From NCBI RefSeq assembly GCF_006345805.1, contig NW_021835408.1, positions 1 to 40,696 of the forward strand: a stretch of DNA of 40,696 nucleotides, in the 5' to 3' direction. This DNA is from Octopus sinensis (Eukaryota). The number at the start of each line of letters is the position of its first letter. The stretch's first letter is position 1. Both the position numbers and the translations under genes were made by a program. Below the pieces are notes generated by a model. The model saw only the letters and a program-made list of their open reading frames with translations, had not been told where the DNA came from and made no database searches. Positions 24,711 to 35,569 of the stretch are shown one piece after another.

Positions 24711-24872
24711 ATGGTTGTGTGGTAGGAAGCTTGCTTCCCGACCACATAATTCCTGGTTCAGTTCCACTGCGTGGCACCTTTGACTAGCGCCTTTTACTAT
24801 AGTCTCGGGCCGACAAGAGCCTTATAATTAGATTTGCTTGACGTAAACTGAAACAAGTAAAAGATATATACC
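24711..24872 (+). mobile_element. SINE family B, internally deleted copy
   Basis: The head through ...GACGTAAACTGAAA is joined directly to the family 3' terminus CAAGTAAAAGA. Confidence 0.75.
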
Positions 24873-24890
24873 TACATCTATATATATATA

Positions 24891-25050
24891 TTCTTTTATT
24901 TGTTTCAGTCATTTGACTGCGGCCATGCTACAGCACCGCCTTTAGTCGGAGAAATTGACTCTAAGCCTAGTACTTATTCTATCGGTCTCTTCTATCGGCC
25001 GAACCGCTAAGTTTCAGGGACGTAAACACTACAAAATCGGTTCTCAACCA
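24891..25050 (-). mobile_element. SINE family B, 3' module
   Basis: TCTTTTATTTGTTTCAGTCATTTGACTGCGGCCATGC...CTAGTACTTATTCTATCGGTCTC...GCCGAACCGCTAAG. Confidence 0.85.
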
Positions 25051-25149
25051 CTGGCTTAGATGAAGCTTTTTTTCGCTCTCTATAAATTTTTCGGTAACAC
25101 GCAGAAGCGTTTGTTATGATAGTGGAAACTTTTCCACTTGGATCTTGTG

Positions 25150-25219
25150 CTTGAAAAATAAAACTCGTAAACACGGGGTCTCGTAAAACTGGTCCTCGTA
25201 AAGTGAGACATTACTGTAC
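25150..25219. mobile_element. Tigger/pogo-like terminal inverted repeat fragment
   Basis: Repeated CTCGTAAA motifs ending in CTCGTAAAGTGAGACATTACTG|TA, the typical Tigger-like end plus TA. Confidence 0.45.
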
Positions 25220-25458
25220 TTATATTGATTTATGTGGATCAATGCCGGCAGGTTTATATGGTTTGAGCCCACATACTCACCCAAATGTGACGCTCGAATG
25301 AGAGTTGGTATGCATTACAAGTATATCGATATTGATTTTTAAATGATGACACAAGGAGGAGGGGGCTAAGTCGATTACATCAACCCCCAGTGTTCGACTG
25401 ATACCTATTTTACATCATTTACATTCGACGGATATTTGCCCCCCTCTTGTTTGTTGTT

Positions 25459-25504
25459 AATACAACGTTTCGGCTCCTATACCCTCCAGCTTTCTTCAGG
25501 TGTC
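25459..25504 (-). ncRNA. Decayed minimal hammerhead motif in the family E body
   Basis: GACAC-CTGAAGA-aaGCT(ggagggtatagg)AGCc-GAAA-CGT-T-GTATT. The core is intact and helix III is the palindrome ACGT. There are mismatches in stems I and II. Confidence 0.55.
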
Positions 25505-25551
25505 TTGGCGTAATTTCGAATCTGGGTTCTCATTCCTAAGGTATTTTTCGA

Positions 25552-25620
<69 letters not shown>

Positions 25621-25622
<2 letters not shown>

Positions 25623-26470
25623 TATGTTTGACTTTTGCTTTATGTCTGTACAAGCTGGCTCCAAGTCCCACCAAGAGACCTCAAGAGACAACAGGTTGGA
25701 AGTTCTGTGCCATATATTTGGGTTTTTTTTTTTTTGGTGTTGTACTAGTGAATGTCTAATACATAAAAATAAAATTTTAAAAAAAATAAAATAAATAAAA
25801 TAAAATAAAAAAAATAAAATAAAATAAATAAATAAAAGGTTTGTTTTAAACATTGGGACTACATAGAGAGTATTTTGCGTAGGATATGAGCAGTTCCATT
25901 GAGCAATATCTTTTGAATTTCTGCCATTTTGGGGTTTCCTGGTATCTGAGTTAGGTAGCAATTAGTCCCTTTCGCTATCATTCCCAGGGCTCCTATGACA
26001 ACAGGTATTGTTTTAGTCTTCAGCTTCCACATTTTGCTGATTTCTATTTCAAGATCTTTATATTTGCTCAGTTTTTGGTAGGTCTTGACAGATACGTTTA
26101 TATCGATTGGGACAGTCATATCAATGAGGAGGCATGTTCTTTGTCTGAAGTCTTTCGATATGATGTCTGGCCTATTTGCATCTATCTTCCTGTCAGTTTG
26201 AATGGTGAAGTTCCAGAGGAGTGAGATGTGGTCATTTTCAAGCACTGGAGGTGGATTGTGTTCCCACCAGTTTTTTTCATGGGGCAAATCCAGGTTTTTG
26301 CAAATTACCCAGTGAATATATTGTGCAGCTCTATCATGCCTGTTGAGGTACTCTGTAGGCGCTAGAAGACTGCATTTGGAGACAACATGATCAATGGTTT
26401 CATTTTGTTGTCGGCATACACGACATGTTGGGCTACTGCCGTTCTTTAATATGTTGGCCTGGTAGTTTCT
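25621..26470 (-). mobile_element. R4/Dong-clade non-LTR retrotransposon, 5'-truncated, family 1
   Basis: Encodes CRVC-x7-H-x4-C, RHD and PDII-x-LLIDMTVP-x-KLSKYKDL. The 3' UTR ends CAAACATAG followed by (AAT)n. There is TAA-type microsatellite on both sides. Confidence 0.92.
25859..26470 (-). pseudogene. C-terminal fragment of a retrotransposon ORF (CCHC knuckle + restriction-like endonuclease), 203 codons without an internal stop
   Basis: RNYQANILKNGSSPTCRVCRQQNETIDHVVSKCSLLAPTEYLNRHDRAAQYIHWVICKNL continues in frame into the track ORF 25859-26287. No start codon and no RT domain. Confidence 0.9.
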
Positions 26471-26472
26471 TG

Positions 26473-26503
<31 letters not shown>

Positions 26504-26730
26504 ATTATTATTATTATTATTATTATTATATTATTATTATTATTATCATTATTATTATTATCATTATTATTATTATCATTATTATTGTTGTTGTTCTTGT
26601 TCTTGTTCTTGTTCTTGTTCTTCTTCTTCTTGTTAGTGTTCAGGTCACTGCTTGGAATCGAACTCGGAATCTTGGAGTTAGTGATCTGAATAATAATAAT
26701 AATAATATAATAATAATAATAATAATAATA

Positions 26731-27596
26731 ACGATGGCAACAAAAGCCCCTTCATGGCAAATACTGGACTAAACTAAATGCAAAAGAAATAGACAAAGAA
26801 AAATCCCAACAATGGTTGAGAAGCTCAGGACTCAAAGCAGAGACAGAAGGATTTTTAATTGTAGCACAAGACCAAAGCCTCCCCACCAGAAATTACCAAA
26901 AACATGTAGTGAAAAGAAATATAACAAGTAACTGCAGAATATGTGGAGATGGACAAGAAACAATAAATCATATTATCTCTGGTTGCCCAGTCCTGGCTAA
27001 GAAGGAATATATTCACAGACACGACAGAGTTGGGACCTATATACACTGGAAACTATGCCAGCATTATGGAATAACAACAGAAAAAAGATGGTATAGGCAC
27101 ACACCAGAAAAGGTCACAGAAAACGAGTAAGCAACCATATTCTGGGATATGCCAATACACACAGATAGAGAAATTAAGGCCAACAGACCAGATATAGTTG
27201 TCAGAGATCATGAAGAAAAAAAATGTTTTCTAATTGATGTATCAATACCAGCGGATGACAACGTGTCTCTAAAAGAAATGGAGAAACTTTCAAAATACAA
27301 AGACCTGGAAATAGAGGTAACCAGAATGTGGAATCTAAAAGCAGAAACAATTCCTATCATAATAGGTGCATTAGGCATGATAAAAAAATATTCAGACAAA
27401 TACATAACAAAAACACCAGGACTTACAAACACATATAACATACAGAAAATTGCACTACTAGGCACTGCACACATCCTACGCAGAACATTTTCCATACAAT
27501 AACCATCAGAGCATCACAACAAACCACAGCACATACCCAAGGCACACAGAGCTGCGCTCGGTAGTGAAGTGAAAGCACGATATAAAAAATATACTA

Positions 27597-27599
<3 letters not shown>
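26731..27599 (+). mobile_element. R4/Dong-clade non-LTR retrotransposon, 5'-truncated, family 2
   Basis: Encodes WQQKPLHG, WLRSSGLKAETEGF-x-AQDQ, CRIC-x7-H-x4-C, RHD, RPDIVV, LIDVSIP and EKLSKYKDL. The 3' UTR ends ATACTACTG followed by (AAT)n. Confidence 0.93.
26732..27502 (+). pseudogene. C-terminal fragment of a retrotransposon ORF (CCHC + RLE) with one premature stop at 27128-27130
   Basis: Track ORFs 26816-27130 and 27149-27502 are in the same frame, which extends upstream to 26732. Confidence 0.9.
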
Positions 27600-27673
<74 letters not shown>

Positions 27674-27742
27674 CAACAACATCGAAAAATACCTTAGGAA
27701 CGAGAACCCACCCGGGTTCGAAATAAGAAGAAATCTTTCTAC

Positions 27743-27940
27743 TAAAGGCACACGGTCTGAAATTTGTGGGAGGGGGATAGTCGGTTACATCGACCCATTA
27801 CGTAACTGATACTTAATTTATCGACCTCGAAAGGATGAAAGTTATAGCCGAATTCGAACTGGAGAACTTAGCGCTAGTCGAAATGCCGCTAAACATCTTT
27901 TTTCCCGGCGTGTTAACGATTCTGTCAGTTTGCCCGCCTT
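27743..27940 (-). mobile_element. SINE family A
   Basis: AAGGCACACGGTCTGAAATTT...TACATCGACCC...TTATCGACCTCGAAAGGATGAAAG...CCCGGCGTGTTAACGATTCTGTCAG. Confidence 0.8.
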
Positions 27941-28484
27941 ACAAGCATATCAATATTATCTGCAACATCCTGTATCAATCACAACACACACACACACACG
28001 AACAAGCACACGCTTGCACACACACTTGTACACATCCTATGATTCACTCACACATCCACACTTTATTTCTTTCAATGCAGACCCCGTGAAAAATGGATGA
28101 CGTAAAGAAATAGATTTAGCTCTACATACATATACGTGCCGATGCCGTAGATGTTCACACTTTTATTGCGTCTTATTTTCTTCATACGCATTGACTTCGT
28201 TCGTTTTTTTTTATTCTATTTTTCTTCTTTGTTTTTGTTACACACTGCCTCAACATTTTCTTCTTCTTCCTCTTTCTTTTCCTCTCCCTTATTGTTCATT
28301 TGATCTCTATTATTTTCCCATCTCTCTCATTCTCATCCCCACCCCGCCACAGAATTTTCTCTCATTTGTTAGCCTTTCTTCTGCCAGCCCCTCTATCTCT
28401 TTCCCTCGTTTCCCACTTTCTTGTGTCTTTATAGCTTTTCCTCCTTCCTCGTCTACATCTTATCACTTCATCACTTTCTCTCCC

Positions 28485-28545
<61 letters not shown>

Positions 28546-29002
28546 TACACATACACACACACATAAGCAAACAAACACATATCTATTCATGTGTGAAACT
28601 ACACAGTAGTTTATCATTTAAAGAAACTTCTCTCTAACTCCACAAAAATATTTATTGATGGTAATCAAGTGAAAAATTAAACAAAAAGATTTTCTTCGTC
28701 GGTTTCCAGCCTTATCCTTGGCCCTATTCAAAACAGTTTTATAACTAATGTAATGAAATGACTGTGATTGAAACAGAGGTTTCAGTTCTACCGGCTTTTT
28801 TGTCTAATCTATGTCTTGTAGATATTTCTTGCTCATAAATAATTTGGTAAAGGTTGAATTTATGAATACAGAGTTTATGACAAATGGCCCTTTCAGACAA
28901 GCAAAGTAGCTACTTAGAAAATCTCTATATGAGATGAAAGAAGTGACTATACTGAGAAGTAATGTTTATCGTCATATCAATATGGCTGTTCCGTAGGAAT
29001 CG

Positions 29003-29089
29003 GTTTTTAACCCAAGGTGGAGCCTCTTCCAGCTGGGTGCAGGTTGAATCGTTAACCAGCTGGAGGAGGGTCCTCCGGTGGTTAAAAAC
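29003..29089. other. 87-nt GC-rich hairpin (small MITE or pre-miRNA-like)
   Basis: 34-bp arms with 28/34 matches (GTTTTTAACC...CCAGCTGG / CCAGCTGG...GGTTAAAAAC) and a 19-nt loop. Confidence 0.8.
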
Positions 29090-29271
29090 AGTAGTAGCGT
29101 CGTTTCCAACAGAAATTGTCCTTTCAGAATTCTAATAAATATCGAATGTAACTTATTTGTTTTGTTAGCAATATGAAATGTACGTGGCCTTTTTTTTATA
29201 AAAGATTTTGTTATGGAATAAGTTGATACATTGGGTAAAATATTACGGATATTTAAAATGAATTGTATACA

Positions 29272-29350
29272 GGCGAAGGCATGGCTGTGTGGTGAGAAGT
29301 TTGCTTTATCAACCATATGATTCTGGATTCAATCCCATTGTGAGGCGCTT
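29272..29350 (+). mobile_element. SINE family B head fragment
   Basis: GGCGAAGGCATGGCTGTGTGGTGAGAAGTTTGCTT...GGATTCAATCCCATTG. Confidence 0.7.
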
Positions 29351-29889
29351 TATATATATTTATATATAACGCTTTTTATATGTTTTACAACCAGCGAAAT
29401 GTTTGGTGGTGGATTTTCGGTTAGTTTCGGCAATGAACATTCAATTATTTGAGCAAGTGAATTCCTACTCGTGAAATTAATGCAATTCTCTGCTGAAATT
29501 AAGGGTGACACATAGCGACAATGTTGGGCTTTTCTTTCTTCTCAAATGCAGGCAATCGAACAGAAAGGATTAATGAGGAGGCGATGTAAACTCAGGACGT
29601 TTGAATTACTGGTAGAATCCACAGACAGAAAATTGTTTTCTCTAATAGTAATATAGCGTTTTATCGTCCCGAAAAAAATTTAAAACAAAGAAAAAAAGTT
29701 GACAGAGTTAAGATTTGAACTTGAAGCACGAAGAACCGAAACAAAAACCGAAAAGAAACATATTTGACACTCAAGCAGTTTTTGCCAAATGCTTAGACTC
29801 TGTTAAAGGAAAATCTAATGCGCAAAAATACACTATAGGATGAATAGTTGTAGAACAGTAAGTACCAAATGTTTGATAAAGCTAAAAAA

Positions 29890-30120
<231 letters not shown>

Positions 30121-30819
30121 ATGACAACCGAGAGTATTACTTGTAAGTGAATATCAATTATATGAAAACTAATTAATATGCAATTAGTTATTTTGTCATT
30201 TGAATTTATAGCACGCGTTAGAAAAAGACATTTCAGTTCGATAACAATATGTTTAATTTGGTAGTTAGTGTTCAGTAATTAGCGCTCCAGCCTACTTTAT
30301 TTTATAATCGTTTTTATAGAGGGAAAAGCGAAAGACAATGCTGTCAACATACATGTTTGCTACTTTATTTCATATTAATGCATTTAATTTGAGAGTAAAG
30401 AAAGCGTGTAAGCAACTGTAATGTTTATTATCCATATATAAACGAGCAAAACGTCCCCCCCTCGTCCAATGGACGGTGCTGAGTTGTCAAACATTTAAAC
30501 CAAATTTTCTCAAAACAACTTGTCCGACCGTCCCATAGGCCTCCCCTTCGGGAAACACTGATTTAACCTAAATTTGAGACACCAGCAAAAGAAGAAATAA
30601 AGATAGACTATTTTTTTCTATTCCAAAGAAAAACGATTTTATTCACACAAATATGCAGCCGAAGAGTTTAATGTACCAGTAATGATGAGACTGTTTACTG
30701 GGAGAACACAAACATGGTTTAAACAGTAAGCTTGGCAGGAAAGAAACATGCCTTTAAGCAGTACAAAAACAACAAAAAATGGAAGGTGCAGTTATGTACA
30801 GGTTGTCGGAAGAAAAGCA

Positions 30820-31005
30820 GGACAAAAACGGCTTTATCGATCGCGTTCTCACCTGGAATCGATTTTTGTAATTTTTTCAAGACTTATACACTCCCTGATA
30901 CCGTCGGTATCTATATATCAAATTTGAGCGCAATCGGATGGAGGATGCCAAAGATCCGAGAAGACACACACACAGACAGAACGGATTTTATATAATAAAT
31001 ATATA
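30820..31005 (+). mobile_element. 3' end of a Helitron/Helentron-type non-autonomous element
   Basis: AAATTTGAGCGCAATCGGATG...GACACACACACAGACAGAACGGATTTTATATAAT resembles DINE-1-like 3' ends. Confidence 0.45.
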
Positions 31006-31284
31006 ATAATGTTTTCTTTATTTAGTTATACTATTGGGGGTCAAAATGAGAACTACTTACATTTCTTCTTAGCCAATGATAAGGTTTCAGCTGTAAATAT
31101 TTTCTACGTTGTCGTTAATAGGGGAAATATTAAAGTAATACTCATCATTGTTTAAAATTGTTTTTTTCATCACCGCATAAATATTTCTGGTTTGCTTTTT
31201 GCAAGCACTAACCATGTTATCATCAGCTTAACCCAAGAAATTGGGAGACAATTGTTTAGCATCTGCTAAGATCATATTGAACGG

Positions 31285-31943
31285 CCCTAAATCAAAGGAG
31301 GCACACCGTCAGTAACCATACCAATGTTTTCTGTGTCCAAGATTATGTTTTCCAATGATGTTTTGAGTATACAGTATTATACATTTGGAGAAAGGTTCAA
31401 GTTAATAAAAAGATTTAAGTTATTATACAGGTGGGGAAAGGTTCAAGTTAATAAAAAGATTTAAGTTATTTTACTCTTTCTCGTATCCTCCTCTCACAAG
31501 AAATCCATATAGAAGACATTAAAAATCCCGAGAGTCTATAGAACTACAGATCTAAATTTATAAAAGGGTGGATTGAAACCTCGGCAGAGATTTGAGCCAT
31601 ACCACTTATATTTTTCCAGAATCATGATTCTCCAGAAAAAGAAGTGTCACCATAAAAGATATTAACAACACCCTGCATACGGTTCGACTACTCAGCACTG
31701 GGTGACACATGGCTGAGACAGCAAGCTTTAAAGAAAGTCTGTGAGGTTTTCTCGCCAAGCAGTTTGGCTGAAGATTCTGGGAGGATGGTTAGCAGTTATA
31801 AAAAGCTATCAAATTCAACCTCAGACCAGAGAGCCACTAACCGGTCAAGAGGAAATCTGTGCCTCTTGTTTCAGCGAGTTGGTCTTTTCTTATTGAACAT
31901 ACTTGTGTTGTACTCGACAAAAATCACCAAACTTAACTTATAG
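31285..31943 (+). pseudogene. Decayed coding-like island of unknown origin
   Basis: A stop-free frame of 95 codons at 31656-31943 (KILTTPCIRFDYSALGDTWLRQQALKKVCEVF...). The same frame continues upstream through stops (KFIKGWIETSAEI*AIPLIFFQNHDSPEKEVSP*). No family recognised. Confidence 0.25.
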
Positions 31944-32089
31944 TGACGTGTAAAGCACATTAATCATATAGAGGGATTTAAATTCCTTGCACTACTTTCA
32001 TGATATTATCCAACAAATTGTGTGCAAAAGGTACTTAACCGTTATGTTCGCTGAATGCTGTTCCATTAATTGGATTTTTTAAAATCTCT

Positions 32090-32523
32090 TACCTTTTATT
32101 TGTTTCAAGAATTTCTGGTCGAATGAATCGAACCCAGTACTTCTTTCATTTAAGCCTAGTACTTATTCTATTGGTCTTTTTTACCGAACTGCTACGTTAC
32201 GGGAATATAAATACACCAACACCGGTTGCCAAAAGGTAGTGGGGTACAGACACAAAGACACATGCATAGATACATACATACATACGTACGTACGTACATA
32301 CATACATACATACATACATACATACATACATACATACATGCATACATACGACGAGCTTCATTCAGTCTCAGTCTGTCAAATCTACTCACAAAGATTTGGT
32401 TGGCCCGAGGTTATAGTAAAAGACATTGACCCCACACAGACAGGTACCACACAGCGGGTCTGAACCCGGAAATATGAGGTTGAGAAGCAAGTTTCTTACC
32501 ATACAGCCGCCACGCCTGCACCT
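32090..32523 (-). mobile_element. SINE family B, full length with internal (TACA)n
   Basis: The 3' module, (TACA)n at 32270-32348 and the head (TGAACCCGGAAATATGAGGTTGAGAAGCAAGTTTCTTACC) are contiguous. Confidence 0.85.
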
Positions 32524-33214
32524 ATATGTACAATTTGAAAATATAACGAAGAGGTCTAATAAAATATTTGAAAACTCTATTGAACTTTTATGCGGTCATT
32601 GTCTATACACGCAACCTACGGCATATTGTGAACAGCGTGCTTCGAAATATATGACTAACCATCACATTAAAACGGCCAGTAGTTGGTTGACTAACAAAAT
32701 ATTGAGATTGTTTCTATCGAATTACTGATATCTCTTGACGTGTTCTTGATATATGTGAGCCAAAGGCTATCTAACTCTGGCTAAATAAAGCCATCACGTA
32801 AGCTGAGAGGCTTCTTCAAGGTTCACTTTTTAAAGCTAGAAATTCAGTGAAGAGCATGGGTAAGAAAAAAGGGAAAAAAAGGAGAGAAAGAAAGAAACAT
32901 CAGAAGAGGAGAAGAAAAAGAAAACAGCGAAAAATAAAAGAATAAAAAAAATGAAGTAGCAAAATGTATAAGGAGAATATATATATAGTATTTGGTGAAA
33001 TGTTGCCAAAAATCAGTGATACATTTTTGCATCCGTTTAGCTGCGAGGCGAATGGGCATTTTAAGTAATTGGTCATGCAAAAAGTAAAATTGGTTGTTGT
33101 AGTGGAAGGGAGGCGAAAAATATTAAGAATACATAAAGCCAGAGATGTTTTTAATGAAACTATGATATGTCCAATGAGACTTGTTCAGTAGTGAGAGGTA
33201 TTAGTCTTGTAGGC

Positions 33215-33696
<482 letters not shown>

Positions 33697-34612
33697 GAGA
33701 GAGGAAGAAAGATACAGGCTTCAAGAGGTGCTTAGCAATTCTCCTTTAACACAGACGAAGACTCCTCGATGTTTGATGTCATTGTGGTGGTGGTGGTGGT
33801 GGTGGCAGTTGTGTTGGTGGTGGTGGTAGCAGAGGCGGTAGCTGTGGTGGTAGAGGATTGATAGGATGAAGGTGAAGCAGTGGTGGTTAAATTTCATTAT
33901 TGGCGGTGGCGGCGGCGGAGATGGTTGGTAGATGTTATTCTCATCATCGGTGGAGATAAGGAAAAGAGGGGGAAAAAAAAGCAAAGAGTGGATGGAGTGT
34001 TTCACAATCATATACAAAAACAGTATTCAGTTCAGAGCACACATCAATGGTCAATGTAGAATGTATATAAAAGTGTATATACGAGGATGTGTAAAAATAA
34101 ATACGCATTAGCTTAGAACCGTCTTTTAAAGAATGTTACAGCTTGTCACATAACTCGGACGTGTTAACAAAGTCAGCTAAATAGCTGCTTAAGTGGCCTT
34201 ATATATATTCTAGTGCTTTTGTCCGCTAATTTATGCCTACACACTGAGATGCCTTATGTTTGTGTGCGTTGTAAATGGATATGTGTGTGTGTGTATACAT
34301 ATATGTATTGTCTTCTTGCATGTGTGTGTGTGTGCGCGCGCGTGTGTGTAGCTACTCGAAAGTTTTTGTGCGGGTTTGTCTTGCTAGAAATATCGGATGT
34401 CCTTCAGGACAAATTATTTTCAAATAATTACCATTAGTAAGTTGTATTATAAGATGTTTTGTTTTGTTTTTTTATTTCACGTTTGTTGTTGTTGTTGTTG
34501 TTGTTGTTGCTTATGTGCTCTTTATAATGTTTTAGTGGACCAAAGGACAGGTAGCACGTAATTTTTATAACAAAACTAATGCTTATACAAAAGCGTATCA
34601 TATGCAAAGTGT

Positions 34613-34772
34613 ATGTGTATGCGTATGGTGAGAAATTTGCTTCGCAATGGCATGTTTTCGAGTTCAGATCCACTGCATGACACCTTGGGCAAGGAGCAAG
34701 TGTCTTCCTCTACAGTACCGGGTCGACAAAAACTTTGTGATTGGATTTGGCAGGCGGAAACTGAAAGATAAT
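34613..34772 (+). mobile_element. SINE family B, 5' module
   Basis: GAGAAATTTGCTTC...GAGTTCAGATCCACTGC...ACCTTGGGCAAG...GGCGGAAACTGAAAG. Confidence 0.75.
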
Positions 34773-34859
34773 ATATATATATATATATAATAACTTACAG
34801 ATAAGGGCAAAAGAAAAGAAAAAATTGCAATGCCAAATATAGTGAGAATACATTTCAAA

Positions 34860-35460
34860 TCGTCAATAACGACATATAATTCATCACTATAAGCACGGGT
34901 CTCGACGCAAGCTGACAGAATTTTCTAATAACATTCCGTTATTACCGAATCGGTCCGATTTCTAAGTTAATTCATAAAGAATTTTGTCGTCAGCAGCGGT
35001 AAATACGCTAAGAAATAAATGAAATACTTACTCGCACCTATGGAAAAAGCAGACGCAGCCATGTGTACACTTAAGTACCCCAAATATATTAGCTGGACAG
35101 GAAAGACGTATTGTTCTCTGTTTCTTGTCCAGACATGTTTCTTCGCATTCACCACCACAACTTCGTTTAGGCTTAGTAGCCCTTCCTGTTTGTTTTCACT
35201 GTCCTGTTTTTGTCACCAATCTACACCCTCCGCAAGATCGCAAATTTTATTTAATTTGCTTTGCGAAGGCGTATTTTGTCGTGAATTGCTCGAACTACGG
35301 ATTAGAAAAACAGCTGGCAACTGATGAAGGCTCGTTCTTTGTGTTGCTTGTCTTGTTTTCCATTTACTTCTTACGTTGCTTGCAAAAAAAGAACCCTTAT
35401 TCCATGTCCTCGTGCTTCGTATTTTTTGTTGTTTATGTTTTGTGACGTCCTGTGCCCACA
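34860..35460 (+). mobile_element. Non-autonomous repeat related to 4160-4500, probably Penelope-like-element derived
   Basis: Shared end ...TGACGTCCTGTGCCCACA and CAACTGATGAAGG...TTTGTG. Contains a minus-strand hammerhead motif. Confidence 0.45.
34942..35002 (-). ncRNA. Decayed minimal hammerhead motif
   Basis: TTACCG-ctg-CTGACGA-caaAATTC(tttat)GAATTaactta-GAAA-TCGG-a-CCGA-T-T-CGGTAA. Stem I is 6/6 and helix III is AUCGG-a-CCGAU. There is an extra CTG before the core and the base of stem II is mismatched. Confidence 0.55.
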
Positions 35461-35513
35461 TATGCATATGTATATACGTATACATGTATGTACGTATACG
35501 TATGTATATGTGC

Positions 35514-35569
<56 letters not shown>

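Larger units (their letters stand above)
25414..26682 (-). mobile_element. SINE-like family E (tRNA-like head + (TAA)n + hammerhead-bearing body), interrupted by a Dong element
   Basis: Minus strand: head remnant with B-box GAGTTCGATTCC...AGTGACCTGAA (26682-26639), microsatellite, retrotransposon, (TAA)n, then the body AACATCGAAAAATACCTTAGGAATGAGAACCCA...CCTGAAGAAAGCTGG...GCCGAAACGTTG...AATGTAAATGATGTA. Confidence 0.65.
26680..27724 (+). mobile_element. Second family E remnant (head end + (TAA)n + start of body), interrupted by Dong family 2
   Basis: AGTGATCTGAA (26680-26690) is an inverted copy (10/11) of the head end at 26639-26649. After the distal (TAA)n comes AACATCGAAAAATACCTTAGGAACGAGAACCCA (27678-27710), nearly identical to the body start at 25555-25523 on the minus strand. 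Confidence 0.6.

Noticed and set aside
27208-27495. Antisense ORF over Dong family 2
   Set aside because: It is a shadow ORF on the reverse strand of the RLE coding sequence.
34075-34200. Possible mariner TIR (TATACGAGG...)
   Set aside because: No partner inverted repeat or transposase remnant was found.
35318-35400. CTGATGAAGG as a complete plus-strand hammerhead
   Set aside because: No GAAA follows a closing stem II; it is kept only as a possible remnant.
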